DNA of 64,000 nt from Camelus ferus. Lineage: Eukaryota. Below, piece by piece: positions 49,850 to 61,390 of this stretch. The notes beneath the pieces are model-generated. The model did not search any database, was not told where the DNA came from, and saw only the letters and a program-made list of their open reading frames with translations. The stretch is from the NCBI RefSeq assembly GCF_009834535.1, contig NC_045704.1, positions 67,952,001 through 68,016,000 of the forward strand, given 5' to 3'. A program made the translations under genes and the position numbers. How positions within the stretch are numbered: the first letter of the stretch is position 1; every line of letters starts with the position of its first letter.

Positions 49850-50350
49850 GGCAGAAGGAAGGAGCAGCACTCGACGTGGAAAGCCCGCTGGCGGACACAG
49901 ACGTGGGTGTGGGCTCCAACAGAGAGCAGGGCAAGGTCATTGTCTCGCCGACCACCTGACCCCTCCCTCTGCACGTCAGAACACTCCGAAGTCCGCTCCT
50001 TCCCTCCCGTGGTAGCGCTTCAAAGCTAAAGCCCACATTCCTCCTCCAGCACCAATTAGTACGAAGAAGAAAATAGAACATTTCCGCTATTTTAGCGCTT
50101 CCTGCCTTTCCTCTACTTTTCATTCTCTCTTAAAACTCTCCAGACCCGAAGATGAAACCTTTTTTCTTTAATTAATAAAGACTGCGCGAAATACTTCAGC
50201 AAATTCACACAGCCCATTGTCAAACCTAGAGTTTAACTTGGAAAAATGAAAAAAGGGAGATTTGGAATCTCCCCCAACCGCAGTTAGGTCAAGTGGAACT
50301 GTCTTTTAGAGACAGAATCAGGAAAACCTTCTTCACGGATCCGTATCTCT
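49850..50350. promoter_or_regulatory. CpG-rich repeat-free block; candidate enhancer or alternative promoter
   Basis: ACGTG at 49874 and 49901, GCACGT at 49971; CAAGGTCA at 49932; GCGCGAAA (E2F consensus on the minus strand) at 50184-50191. Confidence 0.4.
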
Positions 50351-51067
50351 AAATAGACTGGGGATTTGCTAAGGCTCTGGGTTAATCATGATGGGAAGGG
50401 GAATGGTTGCCTCTGCTGTCCCCTAATACACAAGCAGCAGGAAGGCTCTGGACACGTGAGCATGATGTGTTCTAGCCGCTATGTCATATATTCGTGATAG
50501 AAGGGGTACGCCTTTTTTGAGGAGCCCACCTTTTCTTTTGAAAGGTTTTTCTGTTCAGAGCGGAGATCACATTGGATGGATTCGTGCACTGAGACCTGGG
50601 CTTACAGGCTCCATCCCACTCAGCTCCATGCTGCCCCCTCCGTCTCCCCAGGAGACTCAGTTGGGAATCAGTTGGTCTCTCTTGCCCTTAGATTCCTTGC
50701 CTATAAATAAGGAGTTGGGTAAATAAAGCTATCATTTCACAATGTTAATCATCTCCTCATTACATTTGTCATTTTCCTGAGGACATCTGCGGAAAATGTC
50801 ACCTCTTTGTGCACAGTGGTAGCTTTGCTGTACCTCATGGGCCATAATAACAAAATGTATTTATTGTATGAGAAATGATGGAGGAAGGAAGTCAGATCCT
50901 CTGAATGGTGCCCTAGGTGGACCCTGCTCTCTGAATGTTTTATGGTAATGGGAGCATGGCAGTGAGAATCTTCTGAATTTCCTGAAGTGTGCTCCCTAGG
51001 AAAAGGATTCCAAAGGACCAATCACTTATGATGGTGTTTTGCTGCAAAGAACAGAAATCCCTGTTAC

Positions 51068-51211
51068 TTTGCTACTTAACATGTGATGATGGACCAGCAT
51101 GTGCATCACCTAGGAGGTGGGCAGGGGCGCCAGCCCAGATCTGCTGATTCAGAACTTGCATTGTAACAGATCCCAGATGATTCATGTAATATTAAAGTCC
51201 GAGAAGCACTT
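51068..51211 (+). mobile_element. MER5A1-like hAT-Charlie MITE
   Basis: ggaccagcatgtgcatcacctagg...ctgctgattcagaacttgcattgtaacagatcccagatgattc...taaagtccgagaagcact. Confidence 0.8.
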
Positions 51212-51684
51212 TCCTTCTGATGATACTGCCATGAACAGAAAGTGTTTATTTATTTAGTGCAGTAAGCAGTCTGGGAGGAGGCTGTTGTGGTTAGTGGGGG
51301 TGTCTCAGTGATGCAACTGTGGACCCAGTCTTTGCCCATCTTCTTGCTTCACCTTTCTTAGCACGTAGGGCTTTGCCTTCAACTGTTGGTCTTAGAACAC
51401 AAGGTGGCCACTGACTTCTGGCCAAGAGGGAAGGCGAAGGGCGAAGGCAACCAGGAAAGGATGGGGGAGGCTTGCTTGTAGATTCTGGAGGGGACCTGTC
51501 TCAAGGGTCTCCACCTCTTACTGGCCCTAACAGTGGCCCACAGCCAAGGTCAGACACAGGGCAGGCTGAACTATACCGTATTCAGTGTGCCGGCCTCTGT
51601 ACTACAGAAGGCGCAAGGGAAGTGGGCTCTGAGTTCCTCATGGTGATCAGGCCATTGCATTTGCCATATTCATTACTGCATGTT

Positions 51685-51978
51685 CATGGGAACAGACTCA
51701 CAGAGAAAACAAATTTACGATAACCAGTAGGGGAACGGGGGTGGGAAGGGGGTAAACTGGGAGTTTGAGATTTGCAAATACTAACTACTATATGTAAAAT
51801 AGATAAACAAGGAGTTCCTTCTGTATAGCACAGGGAGCTATAGTCAGTATCTCGTAGTGCCCTATAATGAGAAAGAATATGGAACAAACGTATGTCTATG
51901 TGTATGACTGGACTGTTGTGCTGTGCGCCAGAAATCAACACAGACTGTAAACTGATTATACTTCAAAACAAAAAAAAG
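51685..51978 (+). mobile_element. L1 3' UTR (artiodactyl/camelid type) with a G-rich tract
   Basis: gggagtttgagatttgcaaatactaactactatatg...tagcacagggagctatagtcagtatctcg...gattatacttcaaaac plus an A tail. Confidence 0.9.
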
Positions 51979-52289
51979 CGTTCCTGGAGAAACAAAGTGA
52001 ATGGCCAAATGTGTTTGAGAAATCAATCTAAAAAGGTTTTTTTTTTTTTTCTCACACAGACAGGACTTCTTAAAGCCTTCCATATGCCAAGGTGTATTTT
52101 AAATCCTTCTGTGGGAAATATAGAAAGTAATATTTCCCTCCCATCTGGTTACAGAACTTCTTTTCCCAGGAATCACTTTTCTGGAAAAAAAAAAAAAAGC
52201 AACACCCAAAAAAGAACAACCAAAAAACTAATACCAAATTTTTTTAAAGGGAAAGGTACATTGATATCAGGTAATTACATATTTTAGAG

Positions 52290-52470
52290 AAGGGGTCAGC
52301 AAATTTTTTTCTGCCAAGGGCCAGATGGTAAATATTTTGGGCTCTGCCAGCCATACTGTCCCTGACCAACCACTCACCCTGCCTTCAGAGTACAAAAGCC
52401 TTGGACGGGATGCCAAGGGAGTGGCCCTGTGTGGCCACAGCGTGCCCGTGGGCCACACCTTGCTGACCTG
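52290..52470 (+). mobile_element. MER58A-like hAT-Charlie MITE
   Basis: aggggtcagcaaattttttt...aagggccagatggtaaatattttgggc...gcccgtgggccac...tgctgacc. Confidence 0.85.
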
Positions 52471-52645
52471 TTCTAGGGTCAGCCGCAACAAAAACAGGCT
52501 GGAAAGAAACGCGAGCACAGCAAGAGCTACTAAGATTTTGATGGTGCCCTGGGGTCTACAAAAGATTCTAATACAAAATCCACATTTACATTCTATTTTT
52601 ATATTTAATATAAATACATTCACACATTGATAATATGAAACGTTT

Positions 52646-52648
<3 letters not shown>

Positions 52649-52683
<35 letters not shown>
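52649..52683. repeat. (AC)n microsatellite
   Basis: About 17 units. Confidence 0.95.
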
Positions 52684-52686
<3 letters not shown>

Positions 52687-53099
52687 TTTTCTGGTTTCTT
52701 ACCTGTGGAAAAGATGATCACTACTGTGTGGCTTCTTGAAAAAACGCAGAGTATCCTGCCCTAAATTTCCCTAAGAAATGAAAGCATTCAGCAGGGCTCC
52801 AGCTGCTATATTTAGTTAGTTGTCTGAACACTATACTGCTTTGAATTTATACCTTTTTTCTTCCCAACATGCTCGGAGAACTTCTTATATTTAATCGTCA
52901 TACTCATTCTTCCAGGGGGGCCGCAAGCCGGTCAATTATTTACATGGGTCTTTGAAAGCACGGCATGTGTTTTGGGTTTACTATGGGACTATGGGACTCC
53001 CTTCATCCGAGTCCCCTTCCAGATGACCTGGACTTTTCGAGGCTTCCCCTCTCCACTGCTGCCATGTGCCACCATTGTGCTGGGCACATGGGTCTATCC

Positions 53100-53240
53100 C
53101 AATGTGCTTCAGTGCATTTGTTTATTTAAACTTCTTATGTGTCTTCCCCTAAGAAACCATAAGCTGCTTGAGGGCCGGGCTTGTATGTGTTCTGTTCGTT
53201 CCCGTGTCCTCAGTGCTGAGTAGAGAGTGTGTTGAATGAG
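53100..53240 (+). mobile_element. L2 3' end fragment
   Basis: aaaccataagctgcttgagggccgggcttg...gtgttgaatgag. Confidence 0.6.
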
Positions 53241-53618
53241 CATTATTGAGTGAAGTGTTCTGTGTCAATAGCAGGGGTGGGGGCTGGCGAGAGAGCAGCG
53301 AGGGTGACTTCACAGCTGCGCCCGGGGTTCAGAGTCAGGTCTTCTGTCCTCACTGAAGCCCCGTCTCCACCATTGCAGGGGCCATCCATTCTGACTCTGC
53401 TGGTATTTTCTGCCATGTCACAGTAATGGGAACAGATCCCAAGGCGACCACTACCATGTACCTGCGGATTGAGTTCAGGCCATTAAACTGCCATCATGTG
53501 ACCTTTCTAATGTCATTATAGTCCAGTTCCAGCAAAGCAGAGAAATAAGGAAAAAAATGACTCAATTACCAATGTGTGTGTTCTCAGATTTTCCAAAGAC
53601 CCTGAAGGAAGAAGTGTC

Positions 53619-55611
53619 NNNNNNNNNNNNNNNNNNNNNNNNNNNNNNNNNNNNNNNNNNNNNNNNNNNNNNNNNNNNNNNNNNNNNNNNNNNNNNNNNN
53701 NNNNNNNNNNNNNNNNNNNNNNNNNNNNNNNNNNNNNNNNNNNNNNNNNNNNNNNNNNNNNNNNNNNNNNNNNNNNAGTTTGTAAACTATAGGAGGAAGA
53801 GAATTACTAAACTAAAGCTTCATTTGGATGTGAGCCCAGTTCACTCTCTCTGGAACCCTCTACAGCCAAGTCTGTTTTCCAGGGCTTATGGAAGAAACTT
53901 TGCAAATTCAAGAGGGAGTTCTGAAAAGCTGAGACCCCTGAATCATGCAAGGTTCCTGGTGACATAGGTTGCCTTGTATTTTACTTTGGGATTAAAGAGA
54001 GGAAAGAACAGCATTGCTGGACCCCTCAAATTGGGTGGAAGCATGTATTCAATGGCATATTGATATTTGCATCTTGGATTTGCTGACTGTCATGTGACTC
54101 TTGGAGATATTGTTTACGGTAGTTTTGATTTGGAATCTTTCCCCCCAAAAGATGCTTTGGGGATGTTCAGGTATTTTTTGCTGTAACAGGTGTCCCCAGC
54201 AGCACCTTGCATGGTGCCCTGGGCTGCTCCCCTGTCCTGCTCCCCTGTCCTGGTGTTCATGCATCTTCCTTTCCCTTTGTTCCGCTGTATTGGCTTGTTT
54301 CTTAGGGAAATAGTTGGGCAGAATGTCCACTTCTCTCAGCTTATAATTTTATGATCAGTCTTTCTTGTCACCTGCTCTTGCAAATAGGCCTGGGAACTCT
54401 GGGCATCCTTGGGCCTTAATATTATTTTTAAAATGCCTCCCATCTCCTCTCTAATTAACTGTAATCAGGAAGGCTAGTCGGTGGACACATGGTGTCATCG
54501 CTCTGTGAAATGCTGCCTGATGGCTATAAACACGGCCATATGTTCTCTGTGAAATATGGCTGTAATCACCAGCAACAGGGACAGCTGACGGGAGAGGCAG
54601 GCTCGGCGCCTCACTTCCTCCTGCTTTATTCTCAAAACCTGCGAGGCACTTTGCAGATCAGCTTAATGTTTTCCCTCGGCCATCACTGCTTCTGCTAAAT
54701 TTCCTTTGTATTTTAGCTTCAGTTCTTTCCAACATATACTTGAGCTTGAAATTGCAGTTATTAAAGGAATATGTTTAGAGCCTTCCTGTTTAACATCACA
54801 ACACTTTAATTAGGACGGCCTCCCTTTAAATCCTGCCCTGCACACGTTACACGGGTTTCTACAACTAAGTGGTTATCAAGGAAGAGGATAAAACCATCAA
54901 AATTCTCACAGTGAATGAACANNNNNNNNNNNNNNNNNNNNNNNNNNNNNNNNNNNNNNNNNNNNNNNNNNNNNNNNNNNNNNNNNNNNNNNNNNNNNNN
55001 NNNNNNNNNNNNNNNNNNNNNNNNNNNNNNNNNNNNNNNNNNNNNNNNNNNNNNNNNNNNNNNNNNNNNNNNNNNNNNNNNNNNNNNNNNNNNNNNNNNN
55101 NNNNNNNNNNNNNNNNNNNNNNNNNAAAATATGATATTATGTTCCCCACGCTGAGAGATTGTGGCGGGGGCTGTTTGTCAGCGGAGGCAGGAGAGCAGAT
55201 TCAGAGGCAAAGCTGCTGCAGTGTCTCCCCACCCCCCGCCCCCACGACAACACGGACCGGGGACCATACCCCAGCACTTCAACAGTGTCTTGCACCTGAG
55301 GTTTAAGTCAGTGGCCCTCAGATACCACATCCTCACTGAACCAGGGTGGGTTCCAGGTTTCATGGCTGGGCTGGGAGGTGCAAACGTCTGGCTCTCCCAT
55401 GAACATCGGTGAGAGGAGCCGTGCACACGGGGCCCGTCGTGTGCCCCGCATCTCTCGACTTAGCATCATTTTGCTGCTTATTAAAGTAGCCTGACAAAAC
55501 TGAGTGCAGAGTAGAGGCACTGATTGCCTCGAAGCCTCCACTCTCCATTTGGAAATGTTTCAGATGACTAATTCTGGTATCAATTGTTCTGCCTTTAAGA
55601 TTATATGTGAG

Positions 55612-55655
<44 letters not shown>

Positions 55656-56095
55656 GATTGAAAGCTTATTTTACTGCCTCTTTAATGCTTTTAGGGCTTT
55701 GTTAAAACAGGGCTCTCACCCTTTACCCTTTTCCCTTTTATTTTTCACCTTGTANNNNNNNNNNNNNNNNNNNNNNNNNNNNNNNNNNNNNNNNNNNNNN
55801 NNNNNNNNNNNNNNNNNNNNNNNNNNNNNNNNNNNNNNNNNNNNNNNNNNNNNNNNNNNNNNNNNNNNNNNNNNNNNNNNNNNNNNNNNNNNNNNNNNNN
55901 NNNNNNNNNNNNNNNNNNNNNNNNNNNNNNNNNNNNNNNNNNNNNNNNNNTAAGTCGGGAAACNNNNNNNNNNNNNNNNNNNNNNNNNNNNNNNNNNNNN
56001 NNNNNNNNNNNNNNNNNNNNNNNNNNNNNNNNNNNNNNNNNNNNNNNNNNNNNNNNNNNNNNNNNNNNNNNNNNNNNNNNNNNNNNNNNNNNNNN
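53619..56095. other. Cluster of four assembly gaps (53619-53776, 54922-55125, 55755-55950, 55964-56095)
   Basis: Runs of N; only 13 called bases (55951-55963) between the last two. Confidence 1.
55614..55652. repeat. (AC)n microsatellite
   Basis: About 19 units. Confidence 0.95.
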
Positions 56096-56287
56096 CTTGT
56101 CGAGCCCTTTAGCAAGGTACACAGCGCCCTGCAGTTTATCACCTCGCTTTCTAGATTGTTTTGGAAGATCATCGAGAGGACTGAGACTCCCCAGAGAACT
56201 GTGCTCTAATCCTGTCATATTTTTTAAAATGCCCGAAAGTGTAAGGTTACATGGCAAGATGCTTTTACATAGGCATTTCTTCAGCTC

Positions 56288-56334
56288 GTCACCATGGCGC
56301 GCTCTTTCCATGGTAACCGCTGTTTCCATGGCAC
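56288..56334. promoter_or_regulatory. Three tandem X-box-like (RFX) motifs
   Basis: gtcaCCATGGcgc, ctttCCATGGtaac, gtttCCATGGcac. Confidence 0.45.
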
Positions 56335-58729
56335 GTTCTGTGAGCTCCTCCAGAGAAGCTGAGGGCCCATGAAGATGCTCACCCACCCACAAGTGTGTGC
56401 GCACACACTCGCCTTCTCTCTCTCTCTCTCACGGGCACAGATTCATCCCACCATTTATGTGAATTTAGGCACATTTTATGACAAATTCACTAAGTGGAGC
56501 AAAGCTAATTTTAAAATAAAATCTACTGCTCTCCCCATTATGTGATGAGACAAACAAGCACTGACATGGCCTTTTGGGATGATGTGGAAAGGTAACAGAA
56601 GCCGGCGTTGTCTTCAATGACATGGATTAACAGGATAAAATCTCGGAGGCAAAATTTGACAGGGAAAACAGCCAGCCCTGGACCAGATTTTCTAAATATA
56701 TCTCCGTTTCTTAGACTCTGAACTAAGCCTACACAGCACCATGTTAGATGCCGTGGAGCATAAAAGAAATTTATACCCACAAGGACCCTGCATTTTCTGC
56801 AGGCTTGAAGGAATGAGATTTAGACTTATGTAATAATTAGAAAACAGCATAACACTGTAAATGATCAAAACAAATTGTTCTTGTAAGGCACTGCAACATT
56901 TGTAGGTTTGGGGGCAAACAATGTAGCTGCTGTGTATTAAAAAAAATTTTTTTTTCCATCACTTTGAGTCTTAGGACTAGAGAAACCAGATCATCTTAGG
57001 AAAATATACTGGCTTAGGTAGATGTAACGGTGAGTGACTCCTCAAGGTGCTATCTGATTAATTCTCAAGGTTTATCAACAGTTCTGTTGTTCTTTTGTTG
57101 ATTTCAAAATTGGTGTCATCCCTTTTCAGTATAGGTGGTTCCTTCTGAAACTGATTTCCAAATACTTTAAATAAGATGTGGAGTTTTCATCCAGTCCTTG
57201 CAAACCCAGTTAAACTGGATCCTCACCCTAATGACTCTTCTCATGTTATCCTTTTGCTTTGATAAAGAAGAACCTAGTTTGGGAATTAAATAATTACGTT
57301 TGAACTCTAGATCTCTCACTTACTGACTTTGTGGTTTTTGATACAAGGGCGTGTATCTACGTCCTTCTTGGGGCAATAGTGAAGATTAAGTGAGATATAT
57401 TGATACGCCCAATAAATGGTAGATGATTTATTATCTATTTGACCAATAGAGGATTGATTTCTGGCACTTGAGGATTTAGCACATGGACACTGAGGATGGA
57501 AACTCTGATAACACGTGACCCACTGGAATGGAAGTCCCATGAATTCAGGGTGGTGCTTCTTTCTGTTTTGTTCACTACTGTATTACAAGCCCTTCCAACA
57601 ATGCCTGCACAAAGTAGATATTTAATAAGAATGTTCTGAAAGGTTAAGTGTAGTAAAAGAAAACTAGGAATATAACCAAACCCGGGGTATAAAAGAATGC
57701 TAACCATGGGAAACAACACGTGCCAGCGCCCGGAAGCATCAGTGAGTTAGCGTGGGAAAGGGGAGATTTGGCTTTGTATGAGATCCATTTTTCACTTCCT
57801 TTTGATCTGGGGTTTATACTTTTTCTGTGATGTCTCCATGGCTATATTCTTACATTTTTCTTTGTGTTTTTGACAAACTGATATACAATAAGCATTGATC
57901 TTAGCATTTGCAACATCCAAACTGGAATTCCTAACAAAAGCTAATACTATCTTGTGACCGGGCAGACCTCCGGAGATTGCTGGGGCCACGTCCCACCGGC
58001 TCTCTCGAAGGCGCTGCTTGAGCGTGTGCTCGTCGGTACATCCCTTGTCGATTCAGCACCCACTCTCTGCAGGAGAGCAGCTACGTACTAAGGTGGGAAC
58101 AAAGACTGATCAGCAGGCACTGAGTTTATCCTTAGGGAACTGACAGCTCCTAAAGTTTGGGGGTTTATGGAGTAACTGATAGCAAGAGGAGAAGACAGAC
58201 TCGAAGAACCGTGGGCAGCACCTGGGCTGTCAGTAGCTACTGTGGCATGAGATACATAGAGGCCAGCAGGTCGTGCATCCAGATCTTTCCCTCCTAGAGC
58301 AGAGTCAGACGATCTCCTAAAGCAAGCCCTCCATGAGTCTGGTTCTTGGAAACTGATCTTGGTAAAGGGAAGTATAGGTAGGCACACCTATTCATTGTTT
58401 TTTTTCTTCTTTCTTTCACGGAACTTTTATTTTGTTCCCAAATATGTCTAACACTTTCTGTAAAAAGTTTTCATTTTTCTCGGCAAGAAGAATAAGATAA
58501 TTGTGTGGAGCAACTAAGGGAACTCAAGCCTAGGGGTCCCATGAGTAAAGATGATAGAAATTGTGGACTGAAATGAATCTAAGATGATGTTATAAAAGTG
58601 GTTATGTCTCTGATCATGCCTCAAAACCACAACGTCACCACCAACAAGAAGGATTCGGGCAGGTGGAAAGGAAGGGAGAAGGGATGACAGAGAACCTACA
58701 GAGGCTGAAGGCAGAAATGAGCCTGGTAC

Positions 58730-59042
58730 ATTACGTCAAGTGAAAGACGCCAAACGCAAAAGACCACATATTTCACGACTCCACTTACATTAAATGTCTG
58801 GAGAAGGCAAGTCTATGGAGACAGAATATGGGGCTGCGGGTGGGAATGGGGTTAACTGTAAATGAGCATGAAGCGTCTTCCTGGGGTGATAAAAATATTC
58901 CAAGACTAGCTTGCAGTGATGGGTGCACAACTGAGTAAACTTAAAATGAATTCTATGAAAATGAAAAAAATGAATTATAAACTTAAAGTAGATGAATTCT
59001 GTTGTGTAAATTATGCTTTAAAATGTTTTTAAAAATAAACAA
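58730..59042 (+). mobile_element. L1MB-like 3' UTR fragment
   Basis: aagtgaaagacgccaaacgcaaaagaccacata...ggcaagtctatggagacag...gtgatgggtgcacaactgagtaaac. Confidence 0.85.
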
Positions 59043-59764
59043 CAGCAAGAAATGAGTCTAGTATGAGCAGGAGCTGGCGGGGAAATCGACACGGTTGCAG
59101 TAATAAAGACAGAGTCTCAGAGCAGGGAAATAAATTGGTCAAAGTCACACAGCTGGTACGACGTGGGACTCAGTGCGAGGAGGAACTGTCTGGCTCCAAG
59201 ATAAGGTGATAAGAGAAGTGATGCCAATTAGGAGGCAATATTAGATTAACTGGGAGAGGAGACTGAGTTTGATTGGAAAAGCTACCTGGAATAGTTGTGA
59301 CTCCAGCAGAAAAGAGGCACGCTTGCTGAGAGTGGCGTTGTAAGAAGCTTCATTTAGTGGGAGGTTTCATAGGTGAATTTTTTGTTTTTTAAATGAGTGT
59401 GATTATCTGGGTGGGGTGAAACTAAGTTAGAGCTATCGGAGAGGAAAGGAGAGACATTTTGAAGGAAGAAGAGTCAGGTTATGTGACTGATCCCGTAGGA
59501 TTAGTTGTCTATGAAAGTTCTTTGTCAGCTAATAAGTGTTAAAAAATATACAAACAATGAATCTTTACTGTTGGACGTTGTGGAAGCAGTAATCAAGTAA
59601 ACCGAAAAACTCAAGGTGCTGGAGAGGAAGGCGATCGTCGTGGGCACATCACTGAGCGGCTTGCGGGACGGGTTGTGGGCAGAGAGGAGGGTGGCGGGGA
59701 CGGCAGCGCCGCACGCCGTGCACCTGAGACACTGCCTGTGTCGCCACCGCCCTGGACACCGCGG

Positions 59765-60240
59765 TTGCTTGTTATTGAGAGGCTCTGGCTGCATGTGACA
59801 GAAACCCGACTCAAACCAGCTGAGGACGAATGGAACGGATTGCCTCACTGCGCTAGAATGTCCAGGAACTGGGTGCTGTAACAGTGTGAGAACCCTGCCT
59901 GCTTAAATTCCTCTGCTCTGCTTTGCTGTTTTAACTCAACTCAAGGCTGGCTCTCCTTTCTCTGCGGAAAAACATCTGACTCCTCCAGCTGCACCCATTC
60001 CTTGCAGTTAGCCGTCCCAGCAATGATGAGATGTGTCCGCCCCAGTCGTTGTCAGATGGGCCACCAGGTGGCCTTCGATTGGTCCCATGTGAATCATATC
60101 AAAGAGACAATCCCTGTGGCCGATGGCATTGGTTCTTTTACTGGCCAGGCCCATCCCATGGGGACAATCAGCCTCATTCAAGTCAAAGGGAAAGTGTGGG
60201 TTTATAACTAGAAGGTGGGCAAAAGACCAAAAGAACCTCC
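59765..60240 (-). mobile_element. Old MaLR LTR (MLT1J-like)
   Basis: ggctgcatgtgacagaaacccgactcaaaccagc...gattggtcccatgtg...caatccctgtggcc. Confidence 0.7.
60061..60072 (+). promoter_or_regulatory. CTCF core motif inside the LTR
   Basis: CCACCAGGTGGC matches the CCASYAGRKGGC core exactly. Confidence 0.4.
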
Positions 60241-60294
60241 CAAATGTGCCCATGACAAGATGCAGTGTTGGAATCTCATAAACCCTCTGCAGTG

Positions 60295-60440
60295 GGTTTT
60301 ACTGTTTCCGTCTTGGTGATGTGGAGACCAGGCCTTGAACAAACTGAGAAATTTGCCCAAGGGTCTGTAGCTGCAAATAAAATTGTAAAGCTATAGAGAT
60401 TTGAATTCGGTTTCCTTTGGCCCAAAGCCTAGCTCTTTTG
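60295..60440 (-). mobile_element. MIR SINE fragment
   Basis: gaaatttgcccaagggtctgtagc...gagatttgaattcggtttcctttggcccaaagcc. Confidence 0.6.
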
Positions 60441-60679
60441 AAGAGAAGAATTGATAGGGAAAAGGTATATGCAGAAATAACAAAGGAGGAACGTGTAAGA
60501 ATCCCTGCTGTGAGATACTAACCTCAGACACATCAACTTGAGTCAGGAGGCAGTGTCGGAGGGGGGGAGATGGGGGAAGCCTGGGGGCTGAGGAGGAGGT
60601 TTACGAGGCCCACTTCCAATTACGAACCAGCCACGTCGTGGGAAAGCCAGATTGTAGTTGGAGCCAGTTACTCAGCTTA

Positions 60680-61100
60680 TGGGGTTATTTCAGGAAGCAC
60701 TCTGTGTCTGGGGATGGCACGGAAGCAGAGACAGCGGGCATTTGGAATGGCCCAGGCGTGGTGTTCGTCTCAGGGGTAATAGCACGGGCGTGGCTCTGTG
60801 TCAGGCTAACCTGGGAGGATGAGTCAGCAGGCGCAGTTTGGTCAGCACCGCAGGAGGCGGTGAGGTGTGTCTTGGAGGCTGGGCTGGTGCAAGCTGGCTG
60901 CAGATAGAAGCTGGGGAAGGCAGGGTCGGGCTAGCGGAACAGGAGGTGGCCGCTAGCAGGCAGAAAGTCTGAATGCCCAGCCGGGCTGTAAGTACCGTGG
61001 GTAAGTGCCCGGAGCGCGAAGGAGGGAGAGTGGGGGCCAGGAGATGGAAGCAGAGAGGGAACGCGTCCTCGTGTGCTGGAGGGCAAGGGTAAAACATGGT
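60680..61100 (-). mobile_element. Probable L2 fragment
   Basis: Decayed purine-rich antisense L2-like tract (gaggtgtgtcttggaggctggg; gaagctggggaaggcagg). Confidence 0.35.
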
Positions 61101-61219
61101 GAGAGGTGTCAGATAATCTGACACAAGCCCGGCCTTCCTCCAGGGAAGGATGTAGAACAGCTTCAGATGGATGGAGGTGTGTTTTGCCCTGATGATGGGG
61201 GGTGTTACAAAGGACCCTT

Positions 61220-61390
61220 CGGAGTCAGCTGGACCTGGGTCCGAGCCCTGCTCTGCTGCCTCTGCTGCTTGCTAGTTGTACGGCCATGGGCAGGACGTTG
61301 GCCTGAGCGTGAGTTTCCTCATCTGTAAAACGAAGAGGAGCGTGCGCATAGACGCCTACAGCTGCCGTGGGAGAGACACACGTACGTGGG
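61220..61390 (+). mobile_element. MIR SINE
   Basis: ggagtcagctggacctgggtccgagccctgctctgc...gtttcctcatctgtaaaacg. Confidence 0.8.
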
